63,707 nucleotides of DNA, filler included, from Octopus bimaculoides (GCF_001194135.2; 8 parts of 8 records of this genome joined end to end with filler, not necessarily neighbours in it); one strand, 5' to 3'. Positions 38,281 through 51,851 are shown, counted from the whole stretch's first letter. Notes: a model not told the origin generated them from the letters alone. Numbers and translations are program-made.

Positions 38281-39528
38281 TGCACATGGTAAATTATGGT
38301 ATATTTCACAACATACATTAGTTTTAATATCTGGTTGACCCGCCTTTAGCATCAATTACTATTTTATGTTTCCTTGATTATTTCAGAATTTTATACTAAA
38401 ATACTTTGTAGATACAGTTAATAAACAGTTAAATGCATAATACAAGAGCGTTGAGTGAGTGTGAGCGAGGTCAAATCGTAGCTCATCATGAAGATGGAAT
38501 GTCTCAAAGGCAAATTGCTCAAAAGATGAAATGTTCTCCATGTACGGTACAAACGACTCTCAAGCGCTTCAGAGAGACAAAAGATGTGAAAACTATACAA
38601 AGAACAGGTAGAAAAAAAGGTTGCATCACCTCGTGATGACATATCCATCATCCGGCGCTCGCTCAGAAACAGGAGAAAAACGTCGTCGGAGCTCTGTGTG
38701 GACTTCAACGAGGCAAGTACTTCACAAATATCAACCAGAACTGTTAGAAGGAGGCTTGTAGAGTACGGTCTGAAAGGATTGTAAAGCCAGGAAGAAGCGA
38801 TGAGTTTCTGAAGCGAATATGGCATAACGTCTTCAGTTGCCTAAAATATATAAATAAGTATCCAACGTAAAGCTAATACTATTTTTCATGTTTTTATTCA
38901 GATTTTCGGTATATTGGGTGCAACTTTTGTGCACCAAAATTAAAACATGAGGTAGTTCTATCATGGTGTTAGCGTGAATGTCTGCCACAGGACCCGGAGA
39001 AATGTTTTTATGTCAGGGAAGGATTAATTCAGCTACCTACGTTTCTATGTTTTCGGATCTTTTAGTCATCAATTGCTAAATTGCATCCAGCAGTGTCGAA
39101 AATCAGTGTTATTCAACAGGCCAACGCTCCATATCATACAGCAAAGAATACCTGTCAATAGGTTTGACACACAGGGTACAGTTCCTATGGACTGGCTAGC
39201 TCAAAATCCTGATCTAAATCCGATCGAACATCTATGGGGAACTCTTGGTGAAGCTAACAGGAATGCGACAATTAAAAATAAAGCGCATTTGTACCAAAAG
39301 TTGAGAGAAGAATGGAGTAAAATTAAGCCTAGCACCTGCGAGAACCGAGTTGATCCAATGCCTGACGGTATAAATCGGTAACTGATGCTAAAGATCGGTC
39401 AACCAGATATTAAAACTAATGTATATTGTGAAATATAACATAATCTACCACGTGCACAAGTTTCATTAACGTTGAGATTTCAGAACACAAAATCATTTGC
39501 GGGTTGCCTAATACTATTGGCCATACTA
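38281..39528 (+). mobile_element. Tc1-family (DD34E) transposon fossil with long TIRs
   Basis: HTH ORF MHNTRALSECERGQIVAHHEDGMSQRQIAQKMKCS; C-terminal WLAQNPDLNPIEHLWG. 38281-38358 is an inverted copy of 39379-39457; outer left TIR is lost in a gap; TA-rich flanks. Confidence 0.88.
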
Positions 39529-39573
39529 TATATACTATTGTATGCATATATACATATATGCATATATACATCA

Positions 39574-39610
<37 letters not shown>

Positions 39611-39628
39611 TGTTTGTGTGTGTATTTG

Positions 39629-39664
<36 letters not shown>

Positions 39665-40559
39665 AAGATAGATAGATAAGGGAGTGTGTGCGTATGCTCG
39701 TGTGTGTATGCTTGTGTGCGTATGCTTGTGTGCGTATGCTTGTGTGCGTGTGTGTGAATGTGTATGAGTTCACACCTTTGTAAGCATGTATGTATGTATG
39801 TATGTATGTGTGCATGTATGGATGTATGCATGTATTGTGTTTTCTTGTAAAATGTGGAGCGCTGATTTTGAAAAACTGCGTGAAATATATATTTAAATAT
39901 GAATAAAATATATATTCTTGTTAAGAATTATATTCAACAAATTCCCACAAACATACAAATATATGTATATTTATATGTATATGCATATTTATGTATTTAT
40001 AATAATAATATGGCAACAAAAGAATGAATGATACCTCGATGTTCTGTAGAATAGAGGAATTTATCTATAAATATATGTGATAATTAGCGAAACCTGAGGT
40101 ATGGAGTTTTCTTGCCAAATTTTGTAACTTTTCATTTGTCTTGGAGGCTTACATTCTGGTGTTTGCTGAAATTTCTTCTGAACACATTCTTCGGGGTAAG
40201 ACGATCTGGTGTCTTCTTCTAGCATATTACGAATCTGCCTTTGTTGTTATTCCTCTGATATATGTAATATAATTCATAGTCTTCCGATTTTTTTAAGTAT
40301 GCTAGGCCACTGGTTTAAATTGATATTAATTAATAATATTAATTTCTACCCTCATTATTTAATTTTTAAATAGCCATGTTCTCTAACCGGTAAATTCGCT
40401 GCGGAAATTTATTAACTGCAGAATTCTTTCCGGCATCAGCGCACCAAAATTAAGACATTCGAAATAGACCCTGACACATAATTGGCAGAACTTTATACAC
40501 GTTCCCTTTCGAGAGGACGTCTTGTGTCTAGTTCTCTCAATTATATTTTCCTGCAACGA

Positions 40560-40623
40560 CTTCACTGATGAACTACGGACGATCACATTAGTGACCGTTA
40601 ATAACGAAACCTGTGATATGGAG
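40560..40623 (+). ncRNA. Type I hammerhead ribozyme (decayed) within a diverged direct repeat
   Basis: Stem I CTTCA/TGGAG, CTGATGA (40565-71), stem II hairpin CGG..TCAC-ATTA-GTGA-CCG, GAAA (40606-09), CC-TGT-GA, TA cleavage site. The upstream copy (40089-40106) keeps the intact GAAACC-TGA-GG-TA-TGGAG half. Confidence 0.55.
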
Positions 40624-41068
40624 TTTATTGCCAAATTTTGTATCTTTTTAGCTTTCTTGCTCGCTTTCATTCTGGCTTTTGCTGAAATTTCTTGATGAGA
40701 ACACATTCTTCGTGGTTAGACAATCTGGCATCTTCTAGCATATTAGGAATCCATCTTGGTGGTTATTCTTCTTATATATGTCCTCGTCTGTTGTTGGGTT
40801 TTTTTCGTACATTCTCCCATATATANNNNNNNNNNNNNNNNNNNNNNNNNNNNNNNNNNNNNNNNNNNNNNNNNNNNNNNNNNNNNNNNNNNNNNNNNNN
40901 NNNNNNNNNNNNNNNNNNNNNNNNNNNNNNNNNNNNNNNNNNNNNNNNNNNNNNNNNNNNNNNNNNNNNNNNNNNNNNNNNNNNNNNNNNNNNNTACATA
41001 TACATACATATTCATGTATACATACATATACACATATATATATAGGTATGTATATACATATATATATT

Positions 41069-41128
<60 letters not shown>

Positions 41129-41910
41129 TGTGTGTGTGTGTGTACGTGTGTGTTTGTGTATACATACATATGTTTTTATATGTGTGTGTGTGTGTACAGA
41201 GAAAAATATTATAATATATATTCAACAGCATGGTAATATATCTAAATTTATGCATCTGTGAAGGGATGCGTGTACTTAATTATGGAAGCACATATATTCA
41301 CAGAAATACTTGTTTGCAAATAGTCATATATTCCGTATATTCTTAAGCCAATGAATCCATGCATACATGCACATATATCTTTACAAATACACACACGCCC
41401 GCACACATACACACACATACATACATATGTATACATATATACATAAATGCATATATATTTATATATAGATGTGTGTGTATGCGTGTATGTGTGGACGTAG
41501 ATCTAACAAGACCTTCAATCATTCAAAAATGCTTCTTTCATATTCCTCTGACTCAGCGTTGAATAATTCCCTTATTTTCTGGCAGGGAACAAGTTTAGGG
41601 AAGCACAACGGGAAATAGAAAAGAAGCAAAGATGACATCGCACGTGTTGTCATGATTAAAATTGTCTTACGCACAAAACAAATAAATACATACACCAATG
41701 TATGTATACATAAAATATATATGAATGGTGAAGAATTTGCTACATATCACTCGGTAATTTGATGTTTTGTGAATATTGGGAGAAAGTAGCGAATCAACGC
41801 GTTCTTTAGAACCAATTTATTTTAAAATACCGCTCTAGCATATAAAGTGTTACGTGTGAACAGGCGCGTATATATAGATATAGATATATATGTTTCTGTG
41901 TGTATATATG

Positions 41911-41979
<69 letters not shown>

Positions 41980-42876
41980 ATACATATATATNNNNNNNNN
42001 NNNNNNNNNNNNNNNNNNNNNNNNNNNNNNNNNNNNNNNNNNNNNNNNNNNNNNNNNNNNNNNNNNNNNNNNNNNNNNNNNNNNNNNNNNNNNNNNNNNN
42101 NNNNNNNNNNNNNNNNNNNNNNNNNNNNNNNNNNNNNNNNNNNNNNNNNNNNNNNNNNNNNNNNNNNNNNNNNNNNNNNNNNNNNNNNNNNNNNNNNNNN
42201 NNNNNNNNNNNNNNNNNNNNNNNNNNNNNNNNNNNNNNNNNNNNNNNNNNNNNNNNNNNNNNNNNNNNNNNNNNNNNNNNNNNNNNNNNNNNNNNNNNNN
42301 NNNNNNNNNNNNNNNNNNNNNNNNNNNNNNNNNNNNNNNNNNNNNNNNNNNNNNNNNNNNNNNNNNNNNNNNNNNNNNNNNNNNNNNNNNNNNNNNNNNN
42401 NNNNNNNNNNNNNNNNNNNNNNNNNNNNNNNNNNNNNNNNNNNNNNNNNNNNNNNNNNNNNNNNNNNNNNNNNNNNNNNNNNNNNNNNNNNNNNNNNNNN
42501 NNNNNNNNNNNNNNNNNNNNNNNNNNNNNNNNNNNNNNNNNNNNNNNNNNNNNNNNNNNNNNNNNNNNNNNNNNNNNNNNNNNNNNNNNNNNNNNNNNNN
42601 NNNNNNNNNNNNNNNNNNNNNNNNNNNNNNNNNNGTGTGGGTATATGTATATATATATATACAGAGAGAGAGAGAGAGATAGATAGATAGATAGATAGAT
42701 ATATAGACATATATAAACATTTAAATTTGCATACACTCTCATATTTTGTGATTATATTATATCTGTCGAATGATAGAAACGTATATATATATCTGTGTGC
42801 ATGTCTCATGTGCACACATACACCCACTTAGATACATACATACATACATACATGTATTATGTATATGTATGAATGT

Positions 42877-42931
<55 letters not shown>

Positions 42932-43514
42932 TGTGTGTACTTAAGTGTGTATTTGATTAAATGCGTCGAATTTATTTTTTAAGCGAAAGAATGGAACATG
43001 AGATTATTTTGTAATGCAGATGTCATTTCTAGAGATTTGACCTATCCCATCGTAGGTAGTATTTCATGTAGCTCCTGATGTGTTACATGACAGTCTTGAA
43101 ACAAAGCAATGCGTTAAGAAACTTCTTACAAGATGCGATAAGTGAAACAGAAAACGGTGTCCGGGATGCGGAATTGTGAATGCATTATATGGAGGGCTTT
43201 CAAAACTTTTTAATCGAAACTTACAAGTTTGCAGCAGCGTATATAGAACCTGAGAAAGGCAAAGTATATTGACATTATTTTCAAGTATTTTAATGAGAGA
43301 ATATTTGTCACTCACCCAACAAAATATGGTGTTATATTCCTTGTTGAGGAATACCGTCAAAGAAAAGGGTAATATATATTTTGTGCCCAAATACATGTTG
43401 ACAAACAAATACTCTATACGATACTACATCTTAACTTATTTAGTTATTAAGCACATTTCATGCAGTGTCAATACATTATTTGGAATAACGTTACATTAAG
43501 AGGTGGAACGTACA

Positions 43515-43765
43515 ACTTCCTATGATTTAGACTGCTTCAAGTTCCCAGTAGACATAACTGAGAAGGCGTTATCCCGGATGACGAGTGAGTTGCACTGGAA
43601 CCGCTACGCTGACTCACAGGATTCGCATTTGCGGATAGCCAAAGAAATTTGTCCGGGGGCCGAGAACACCGGTGGTCTCTACTGCCACGGGCTCGACTAT
43701 AAACCTATCGGAAAGCAACCGATCTCTTGAAAGTTTGCTTTCCTCAACGTAACGAGCAGCGAAGC
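43515..43765 (-). mobile_element. CRE-clade-like RLE retrotransposon C-terminal fragment
   Basis: Minus translation AARYVEESKLSRDRLLSDRFIVEPVAVETTGVLGP, then after a frameshift RFQCNSLVIRDNAFSVM, resembling the CRE-type F.P.AVET.G..G...QR.S.AIQRGNA motif. Confidence 0.6.
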
Positions 43766-44377
43766 CTGAGCTTGTCGGTCACCATGTTTGATTACCATTT
43801 GTAATTGTAACATTTTTATTTGAGAGTAGAGAAAAAGCATGAATTCACAATACTCAAGTTTATATTTACAGAATAGCGTTGAAGTAATTGCCTAATGCTA
43901 TTTTTTCCAACTGCACCTCATTACAAAACACATCGTTAATATCAAAACATATGCAAAGTAAATAAATATTTTACCTCTACATACACGTCTGAGCGATAAT
44001 GAACTTAAGATACAGAATGAAGATAAAGTAAATTAACAGATTAGTCGAAGCAGGTTTTCAGATTGAATAATCCTGAATCACGAAACGAAAAAATATATAT
44101 AGGATATACAATGATAGAATATATCAGTGAGCAGGGTGTATATGTATGACAAAAATCTGTGATACTTAACAGTATATAATGATATTACGATAACAGAAAT
44201 ATGTGAAGAGTATGTTTGTGTTTTAAATTAATATCATGTTTCTTCAACAGTGCACGTGTTTCTGAGTGTGCGTTTGTAGGTGTCTGTGTGTGTGTGTGTC
44301 TGTGTGTGTGTCTGTGTGTGTGTGTCTGTGTGTGAGTGTGTCTGTCTGTGTGTGTGTGTATGTGTGTNNNNNNNNNN

Positions 44378-44456
<79 letters not shown>

Positions 44457-45526
44457 TGTGAGATGTAAACGCTTGGAAACAAATATAAGTGCAGCAATGA
44501 AAAGAAAAAGTGATTGCTCAAAACGGAAGGATAGAAAACATATGGATTAATATTTTGATTAATATTTGGAGAAGAGTAGAGACTAAGAATATAGATGATT
44601 CTACAGCAGAGGAGGGTTAGAAGCAGATGAGAATATATAATAAAATAAGAGGACTAAAATGTTAGGATAAAACGAACAACGTAGAAGTGAGTGTGACATG
44701 ACCGCATATCGACATGGCCAGTATGAAGAGCATCAGCTTTGTCACTTCGTTTCATGGTAATAGAAAACAACTCACATGTATTTCACTACGCGATTTTAAA
44801 TGTGAAAAACACACTAGATAAATTTTAGCGTAAATTACCGAGGCAAAAGACGGTATGGCCACGGTTGAACTGATCTTAGATCTGCTTGCTAATCGCTGTA
44901 CACATGCTAGTAAATAACAATTTCTGCAGCAATTGAGGGCAGTTGTGTGTGGCCTCTTATATTCACGAAATAAATTACCAAATCTACTCTAGATTACATT
45001 CTACTATTTTAAAATGGAAGAATATTTTGGGATCGATAGTCTTGGATATGCATACGTTTGTAGGAATGTCATGGCTGGACGGATTTCGTAGACGTTTGAC
45101 TCCTCATCTCTTAGCTAGGACGAAAATGCGACACAAACAAAATTTATGGTGAAAAGATGAGTGCATGAATGAATGTACATTGTATAAATGTATGTATGTG
45201 TATGAGTGTGAATATATGTGTGTGGATTTGTGTAAAAGTGATTACATTTGTATACAGATATAGATACGTATGCATATACACATATAGGCGTATATATAGC
45301 TGCTTATTGAGTTAATATTCACACGCACACATACACATACATGCTCATACGCACATACAAACATGAACATACATGTACATACACACATATGTATCTATAC
45401 ATGAATATATGCATATATATAGGTCTATAAATTATATGTATATATGTATGTAAATCTATGTATATAAACAAAGATATAAATATATATGTATATATATACA
45501 TATATATACATGTACATCTATGTGTG

Positions 45527-45595
<69 letters not shown>

Positions 45596-45874
45596 NNNNN
45601 NNNNNNNNNNNNNNNNNNNNNNNNNNNNNNNNNNNNNNNNNNNNNNNNNNNNNNNNNNNNNNNNNNNNNNNNNNNNNNNNNNNNNNNNNNNNNNNNNNNN
45701 NNNNNNNNNNNNNNNNNNNNNNNNNNNNNNNNNNNNNNNNNNNNNNNNNNNNNNNNNNNNNNNNNNNNNNNNNNNNNNNNNNNNNNNNNNNNNNNNNNNN
45801 NNNNNNNNNNNNNNNNNNNNNNNNNNNNNNNNNNNNNNNNNNNNNNNNNNNNNNNNNNNNNNNNNNNNNNNNNN

Positions 45875-45913
<39 letters not shown>

Positions 45914-46364
45914 TGTATGAGTGTGTTTTGTAAATGCATATATGTATGCGAAGCGTTTGTCTTCCGTGTGTGTCCGTGTGTTTTTGTGTTAGTGTACGTG
46001 TGTACTTGTATTTATACATTTCTTTATGTGTGTATTTGTATATACGTGCGTCTGGGTTTATTGCAGGTATGTAAGTAAAATATGCATAGAAAACTCTTCC
46101 ACGGAAGGGGAGAAATAAATGCCTATAAAAATAAATGGCAATGAAGAGAGAAAGCGCATTTCTATGAACTTCCGGTCTTTAGCATAATTTTGACATTTAT
46201 CACGTGGTTCAATCCTTGCATGCGGTCAGGCGAATGAAATGACCAGGACATGGTTAGTAATGGGTGCCTTCTATTATACTTGTAGAACAGACATGACGAG
46301 TCACCACAACCAAATGTAAATATCAACATCAACAACAACACCACCACCAATATTAGCTCCATCA

Positions 46365-46640
46365 AAAGCGTTGAGCTGGCAGAATCCTTAGCACGCGCTG
46401 GCAGAAACGTTAGCACGCCGGGCGAAATGCGTATAGGTATTTCGTCTGTCGCTACGTTCTGAGTTCAAATTCTGCCGATTTCGACTTTGCCTTTCATCCT
46501 TTCGGGGTCGATTAAATAAGTACCTGTTACGCACTGGGGTCGATTAAATAAGTACCTGTTACGCACTGGGGTCGATATAATTGACTTAATCCGTTCGTCT
46601 CTCCTAGTTTGTCCCCTCTGTGTGTAGCCCCTTGTGGGCA
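46365..46640 (+). mobile_element. SINE family A with an internal 32-bp tandem duplication
   Basis: GGGGTCGATTAAATAAGTACCTGTTACGCACT occurs twice (about 46504-46567). Confidence 0.85.
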
Positions 46641-47267
46641 GGAAAGAAATAAAAATCCTTAGAACGACAGTCAAAACGCATTGTGACATTTTGTCCGTCT
46701 TTACGTTTAAATTTCGTTTATCACTATAATCCAATGATGTACAGATGTGTCTTTATGTTGACCTCGTATACCATTCCATCAACTGAAAATCTTATGGAAA
46801 TAGACGAGTGGTGACACGTGCTAACCTGACCAATTCGAAGTGCACAGTAACTTACAACCTTCAGCTGCTTCAAACCATACAGATCTGCAAAGGAGCAAGA
46901 CATTCATCTGAGAGTCCATGGACAGAAAGTCAGAAATGCTACTAAAAACGATGAAGCACAAGAAGACTGCAATCATCTGTGAAGATGGAGAAATATATAT
47001 ATTTACGGATGTAGGTAACCCAGTTATAGCAATGATAATCCTTTCTGTCATAGACACAAGACCTGAAATTTTGGTGAGAAGCGGGTAGTCGATACTATCA
47101 ACTCCAGTAATTGACTGGCACATTATTTTATCAACCCCGATTGAATGAAATACAAAGTTCATCCTATTGGGATTCTAAATCAAAGCGTAAGATTTCGTTA
47201 AGTATATTTTTTGTACGCCCCAATGATTCTTCTAGCTCGCTGCCTTAAAAATAATAAGACGACTACT

Positions 47268-47271
47268 ACTT

Positions 47272-47312
<41 letters not shown>

Positions 47313-47313
47313 G

Positions 47314-47377
<64 letters not shown>

Positions 47378-47440
47378 CACCAAGAAGAAGAAGAAGAAGA
47401 AGAAGAAGAAGAAGAAGAAGAAGAAGAAGAAGAAGAAGAA
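47268..47440. repeat. Compound (ACT)n-(AAT)n-(AAG)n microsatellite
   Basis: Direct reading. Confidence 0.95.
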
Positions 47441-47554
47441 TTCGGGAGTGGTATGACAGTAGTAGGATGTTGGTAGAATCCTCTCAAATAGCCAAGTTTC
47501 CTAAACCTGACCTGCTGTGGTTGTAATAGCAATGATTGGAATTCAATTCTGTAT

Positions 47555-47705
47555 TTGAGAGATAAGGAATTATTTACATTATTTACATTTGACGGATATT
47601 TGTCCTCATCATGTTTATTGTTAACACAACGTTTCGGCTGATATACCCTCCAGCCTTCATCTGGGAAATTTCAAACCTGGGTTTTCATTCCTAAGGTATT
47701 TTTCG
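47555..47705 (-). mobile_element. Penelope-like terminal fragment with a hammerhead core
   Basis: Minus strand CAGATGA-A-GGCTG-GAGGGTATAT-CAGCC-GAAAC-GTT-GTGTT (47663 down to about 47623), followed by an AT-rich tail with TGTAAATAA repeats. Confidence 0.6.
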
Positions 47706-47733
47706 ATGTTGTTGTTGTTGTTATTATTATTAA

Positions 47734-47808
<75 letters not shown>

Positions 47809-47869
47809 CATTATTATTATTATTATTATTATTAAAAATGATATACCACAACTACTACACTTGCGGCAA

Positions 47870-48245
47870 TATTTTAGGTTAAATTCTGCCGAGGTCGACT
47901 TTGCCGTTCTATCGGGTTCGATAAAATTAAGTACCAGTGAAACACTGAAGTCTATTTAATCGACTTGTCCCCTCCCACCAAATTTCAGGCCGTGTGCCTA
48001 TAGCAGAAAGGATTATTTTAGGTTTAAAAAGGCAGTGAGCTGACAGAATAGTTTGCACGCTGCATGAAATGCTTAGCCGTATTTCGTCTGCCTTTACGTT
48101 CTAAGTTCAAATTCCGCCGATGTCGACTTCGCCTATCATCTTTTCGGGGTCGATAAATCAAGTACAAATTGAGAACTGGGGTCGATGTAATCGACTATCA
48201 CCCTCTCGCAAATTTCAGGCCTTGTGTCTACAATAGAAATATTGT
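47870..48245 (+). mobile_element. Two tandem SINE family A copies
   Basis: Two consecutive cores and 3' tails (about 47870-48015 and 48028-48245). Confidence 0.8.
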
Positions 48246-49653
48246 TTTAGGCTTAAACATTAAACATAATGTAACTGTCACAACCAATATAATACCGAAT
48301 CAGTTATTTATTGTCTGACAACATACCAGCCGTGACCATACTGTTTAATTTTCAGTTATATCATACTTGATTTGTTAAACGTTAACATGAACTTCATAAA
48401 TGACAAGATTACAGTTTTAATCAGTTTCTGTGACTGTAGAGATATACCGATTAGTTTCTTGACAAATTCTGCTTTTCGATTATTAACCTCGGGCTACACA
48501 GCAATGTGCTGTATTTTATGAATTCAATTTATTTTCTTTCGGGTCTGACGGTGGGCGGATGGCAACAGCTTGGAGAGTGGTGTGGAATATGCCTCGTGGT
48601 ACACATCTTAAGTTCAAAATACCGCTGGGTTTTGGCATAGCTTTTCTTACCTCTAGGGTTGTTAAGTACAACCGGTGAAATACAAGTGAGCATTTAATTA
48701 ACTATATTTCGTCTCATAAGTTTTCCGTATTTATATCAATGGATTTACTTATATATATATATGTATATGTGTGCGTCAATATATATATATANNNNNNNNN
48801 NNNNNNNNNNNNNNNNNNNNNNNNNNNNNNNNNNNNNNNNNNNNNNNNNNNNNNNNNNNNNNNNNNNNNNNNNNNNNNNNNNNNNNNNNNNNNNNNNNNN
48901 NNNNNNNNNNNNNNNNNNNNNNNNNNNNNNNNNNNNNNNNNNNNNNNNNNNNNNNNNNNNNNNNNNNNNNNNNNNNNNNNNNNNNNNNNNNNNNNNNNNN
49001 NNNNNNNNNNNNNNNNNNNNNNNNNNNNNNNNNNNNNNNNNNNNNNNNNNNNNNNNNNNNNNNNNNNNNNNNNNNNNNNNNNNNNNNNNNNNNNNNNNNN
49101 NNNNNNNNNNNNNNNNNNNNNNNNNNNNNNNNNNNNNNNNNNNNNNNNNNNNNNNNNNNNNNNNNNNNNNNNNNNNNNNNNNNNNNNNNNNNNNNNNNNN
49201 NNNNNNNNNNNNNNNNNNNNNNNNNNNNNNNNNNNNNNNNNNNNNNNNNNNNNNNNNNNNNNNNNNNNNNNNNNNNNNNNNNNNNNNNNNNNNNNNNNNN
49301 NNNNNNNNNNNNNNNNNNNNNNNNNNNNNNNNNNNNNNNNNNNNNNNNNNNNNNNNNNNNNNNNNNNNNNNNNNNNNNNNNNNNNNNNNNNNNNNNNNNN
49401 NNNNNNNNNNNNNNNNNNNNNNNNNNNNNNNNNNNNNNNNNNNNNNNNNNNNNNNNNNNNNNNNNNNNNNNNNNNNNNNNNNNNNNGCAGTTTTTATTTC
49501 ATATCTGTCGAAAGGTCAAATAAATTTACTAGTAAAATATAAACTCACAATCTTAGCGATATGTCTGCCTATGCATACAAAAATACATACATACATACAT
49601 GCATACATACATACATACATACATACATACATACGTACATACATATACATATC

Positions 49654-49719
<66 letters not shown>

Positions 49720-50189
49720 TGTGTGGCGGGAGGAAGCGCGTAGCCTAATGGTTACGGTGTTGCCCTTATAATTGTAAGGCTCTGGTTACGATTCGCGGAC
49801 TCGGCGATGCGTTTTGTTCTTCAGCAAAACACGTCCTTTCGCCTAGCCTCAGTTCACTTAGTTGGCAAAAGTGACTAACCCTGTGACGACTCGGCGTCCC
49901 GTGCAGAGGGCAAACATATGACCAACAGAATCTGCGGAATCGCCTCTAATGCGCCTATGGCTCAGGGTGGAACTGTAGTTGTGTTTGTGATATATGTATA
50001 TACAGTAATACATTACTTTACGACGACCCGCTTTACGAGATCTCGGGATTACGAAATTTTACGAGGTTTACTTTGTTTTTTACAACCAGTCTCCGGTAAC
50101 AAATTAACTCGTATATCGAGGCATTTCTACAAATATATATATATGCTGAACGCCACGCATCCATTTCCAAGTAAGTTTATTTTATATAA

Positions 50190-50226
<37 letters not shown>

Positions 50227-50714
50227 CANNNNNNNNNNNNNNNNNNNNNNNNNNNNNNNNNNNNNNNNNNNNNNNNNNNNNNNNNNNNNNNNNNNNNNNN
50301 NNNNNNNNNNNNNNNNNNNNNNNNNNNNNNNNNNNNNNNNNNNNNNNNNNNNNNNNNNNNNNNNNNNNNNNNNNNNNNNNNNNNNNNNNNNNNNNNNNNN
50401 NNNNNNNNNNNNNNNNNNNNNNNNNNNNNNNNNNNNNNNNNNNNNNNNNNNNNNNNNNNNNNNNNNNNNNNNNNNNNNNNNNNNNNNNNNNNNNNNNNNN
50501 NNNNNNNNNNNNNNNNNNNNNNNNNNNNNNNNNNNNNNNNNNNNNNNNNNNNNNNNNNNNNNNNNNNNNNNNNNNNNNNNNNNNNNNNNNNNNNNNNNNN
50601 NNNNNNNNNNNNNNNNNNNNNNNNNNNNNNNNNNNNNNNNNNNNNNNNNNNNNNNNNNNNNNNNNNNNNNNNNNNNNNNNNNNNNNNNNNNNNNNNNNNN
50701 NNNNNNNNNNNNNN

Positions 50715-50747
<33 letters not shown>

Positions 50748-51851
50748 GTATATATATTTTTTAAACATGGTACTATAGACATCTTTTGCAGAACCGCTAG
50801 AATATGGAGACATAAACGCAACAACAGCGGCTGTCAACTGATGGTGGCAAACAAGCAAAAGCACAAAGAGACACACTGATATACAGTAAATTTATGGTAT
50901 ATTTTGCCGAGTAGATATATTAACTAGTAAGTAGATCGACGATCGTGAAGATAATGAATGCTTGAACACCAGAATATTACATACAGAAGAGATACAACGC
51001 CCTGTGTTAACGCATATTTGTTTTATTTCACTGTATTTTCAAGTTAACGAATTCTTTGGAGTAATTTCAGAGCTGGTAATGTATCCGGGGAATGTTTGGA
51101 AAATAGATTTGGGGATTCGAGGAAAGAGTCAGAAAAACGTTTAGTTATCATTTTCAGTTAGAAACAATGTAATCGTTCCCTTGACTACATGCTTACGTGT
51201 TTTGTTTTGATGAAATATATTTATAATATCATATACAGCTTGTAATTGACAGGCATGTCCTTCATCACCTAACAACATTTGATCACAAAGATTATGGTAC
51301 TTCCGCCAAAATCACTCCTTACGGAGTTATTTGCTTATGTTTATATAGGTGTCTGTGTATGTGAGAGAGCAGGTGTATGTGTGCAGACACGCCATGCATG
51401 CGAATATACATGTGCCCACACACGCACACACACACACACACATACACACACGTTCACGTACGCTAAAAAAAATTGGGGCATAGAGGTATGAAGTAAATGC
51501 CAAATGAGCAAGAAGATTAGAGATATGGTACAAGTAAATATTTAAGTACTGTTTATATAAGTATTTCTACAATTGTAAGCAATGTTATCTTTATGTTTGT
51601 AGGCAGGTATCTCTCTACAGTCCCATCATTCTAGTAATGGAGCTCTCTTGTTTTGTAAATAATAATTTGTATATCAATTTCTCTAATATCCAGAGGTCCC
51701 GTTACATGTGCATTACACACAGCTAAAATGAATGTACGAAGGTTGAGTGTATAAAATAAAATGATGCTATATTCACATAGAGAGAGAGATGAAGGGTGCG
51801 TGTGCTTGTGCGTTGGTACATGTATTTGCATATACCCATAAATGATCTATT

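Noticed and set aside
39690-39750. Short regularly spaced repeats (TGTGTGCGTATGCT about four times)
   Set aside because: A minisatellite derived from (TG)n with no unique spacers; not CRISPR-like.
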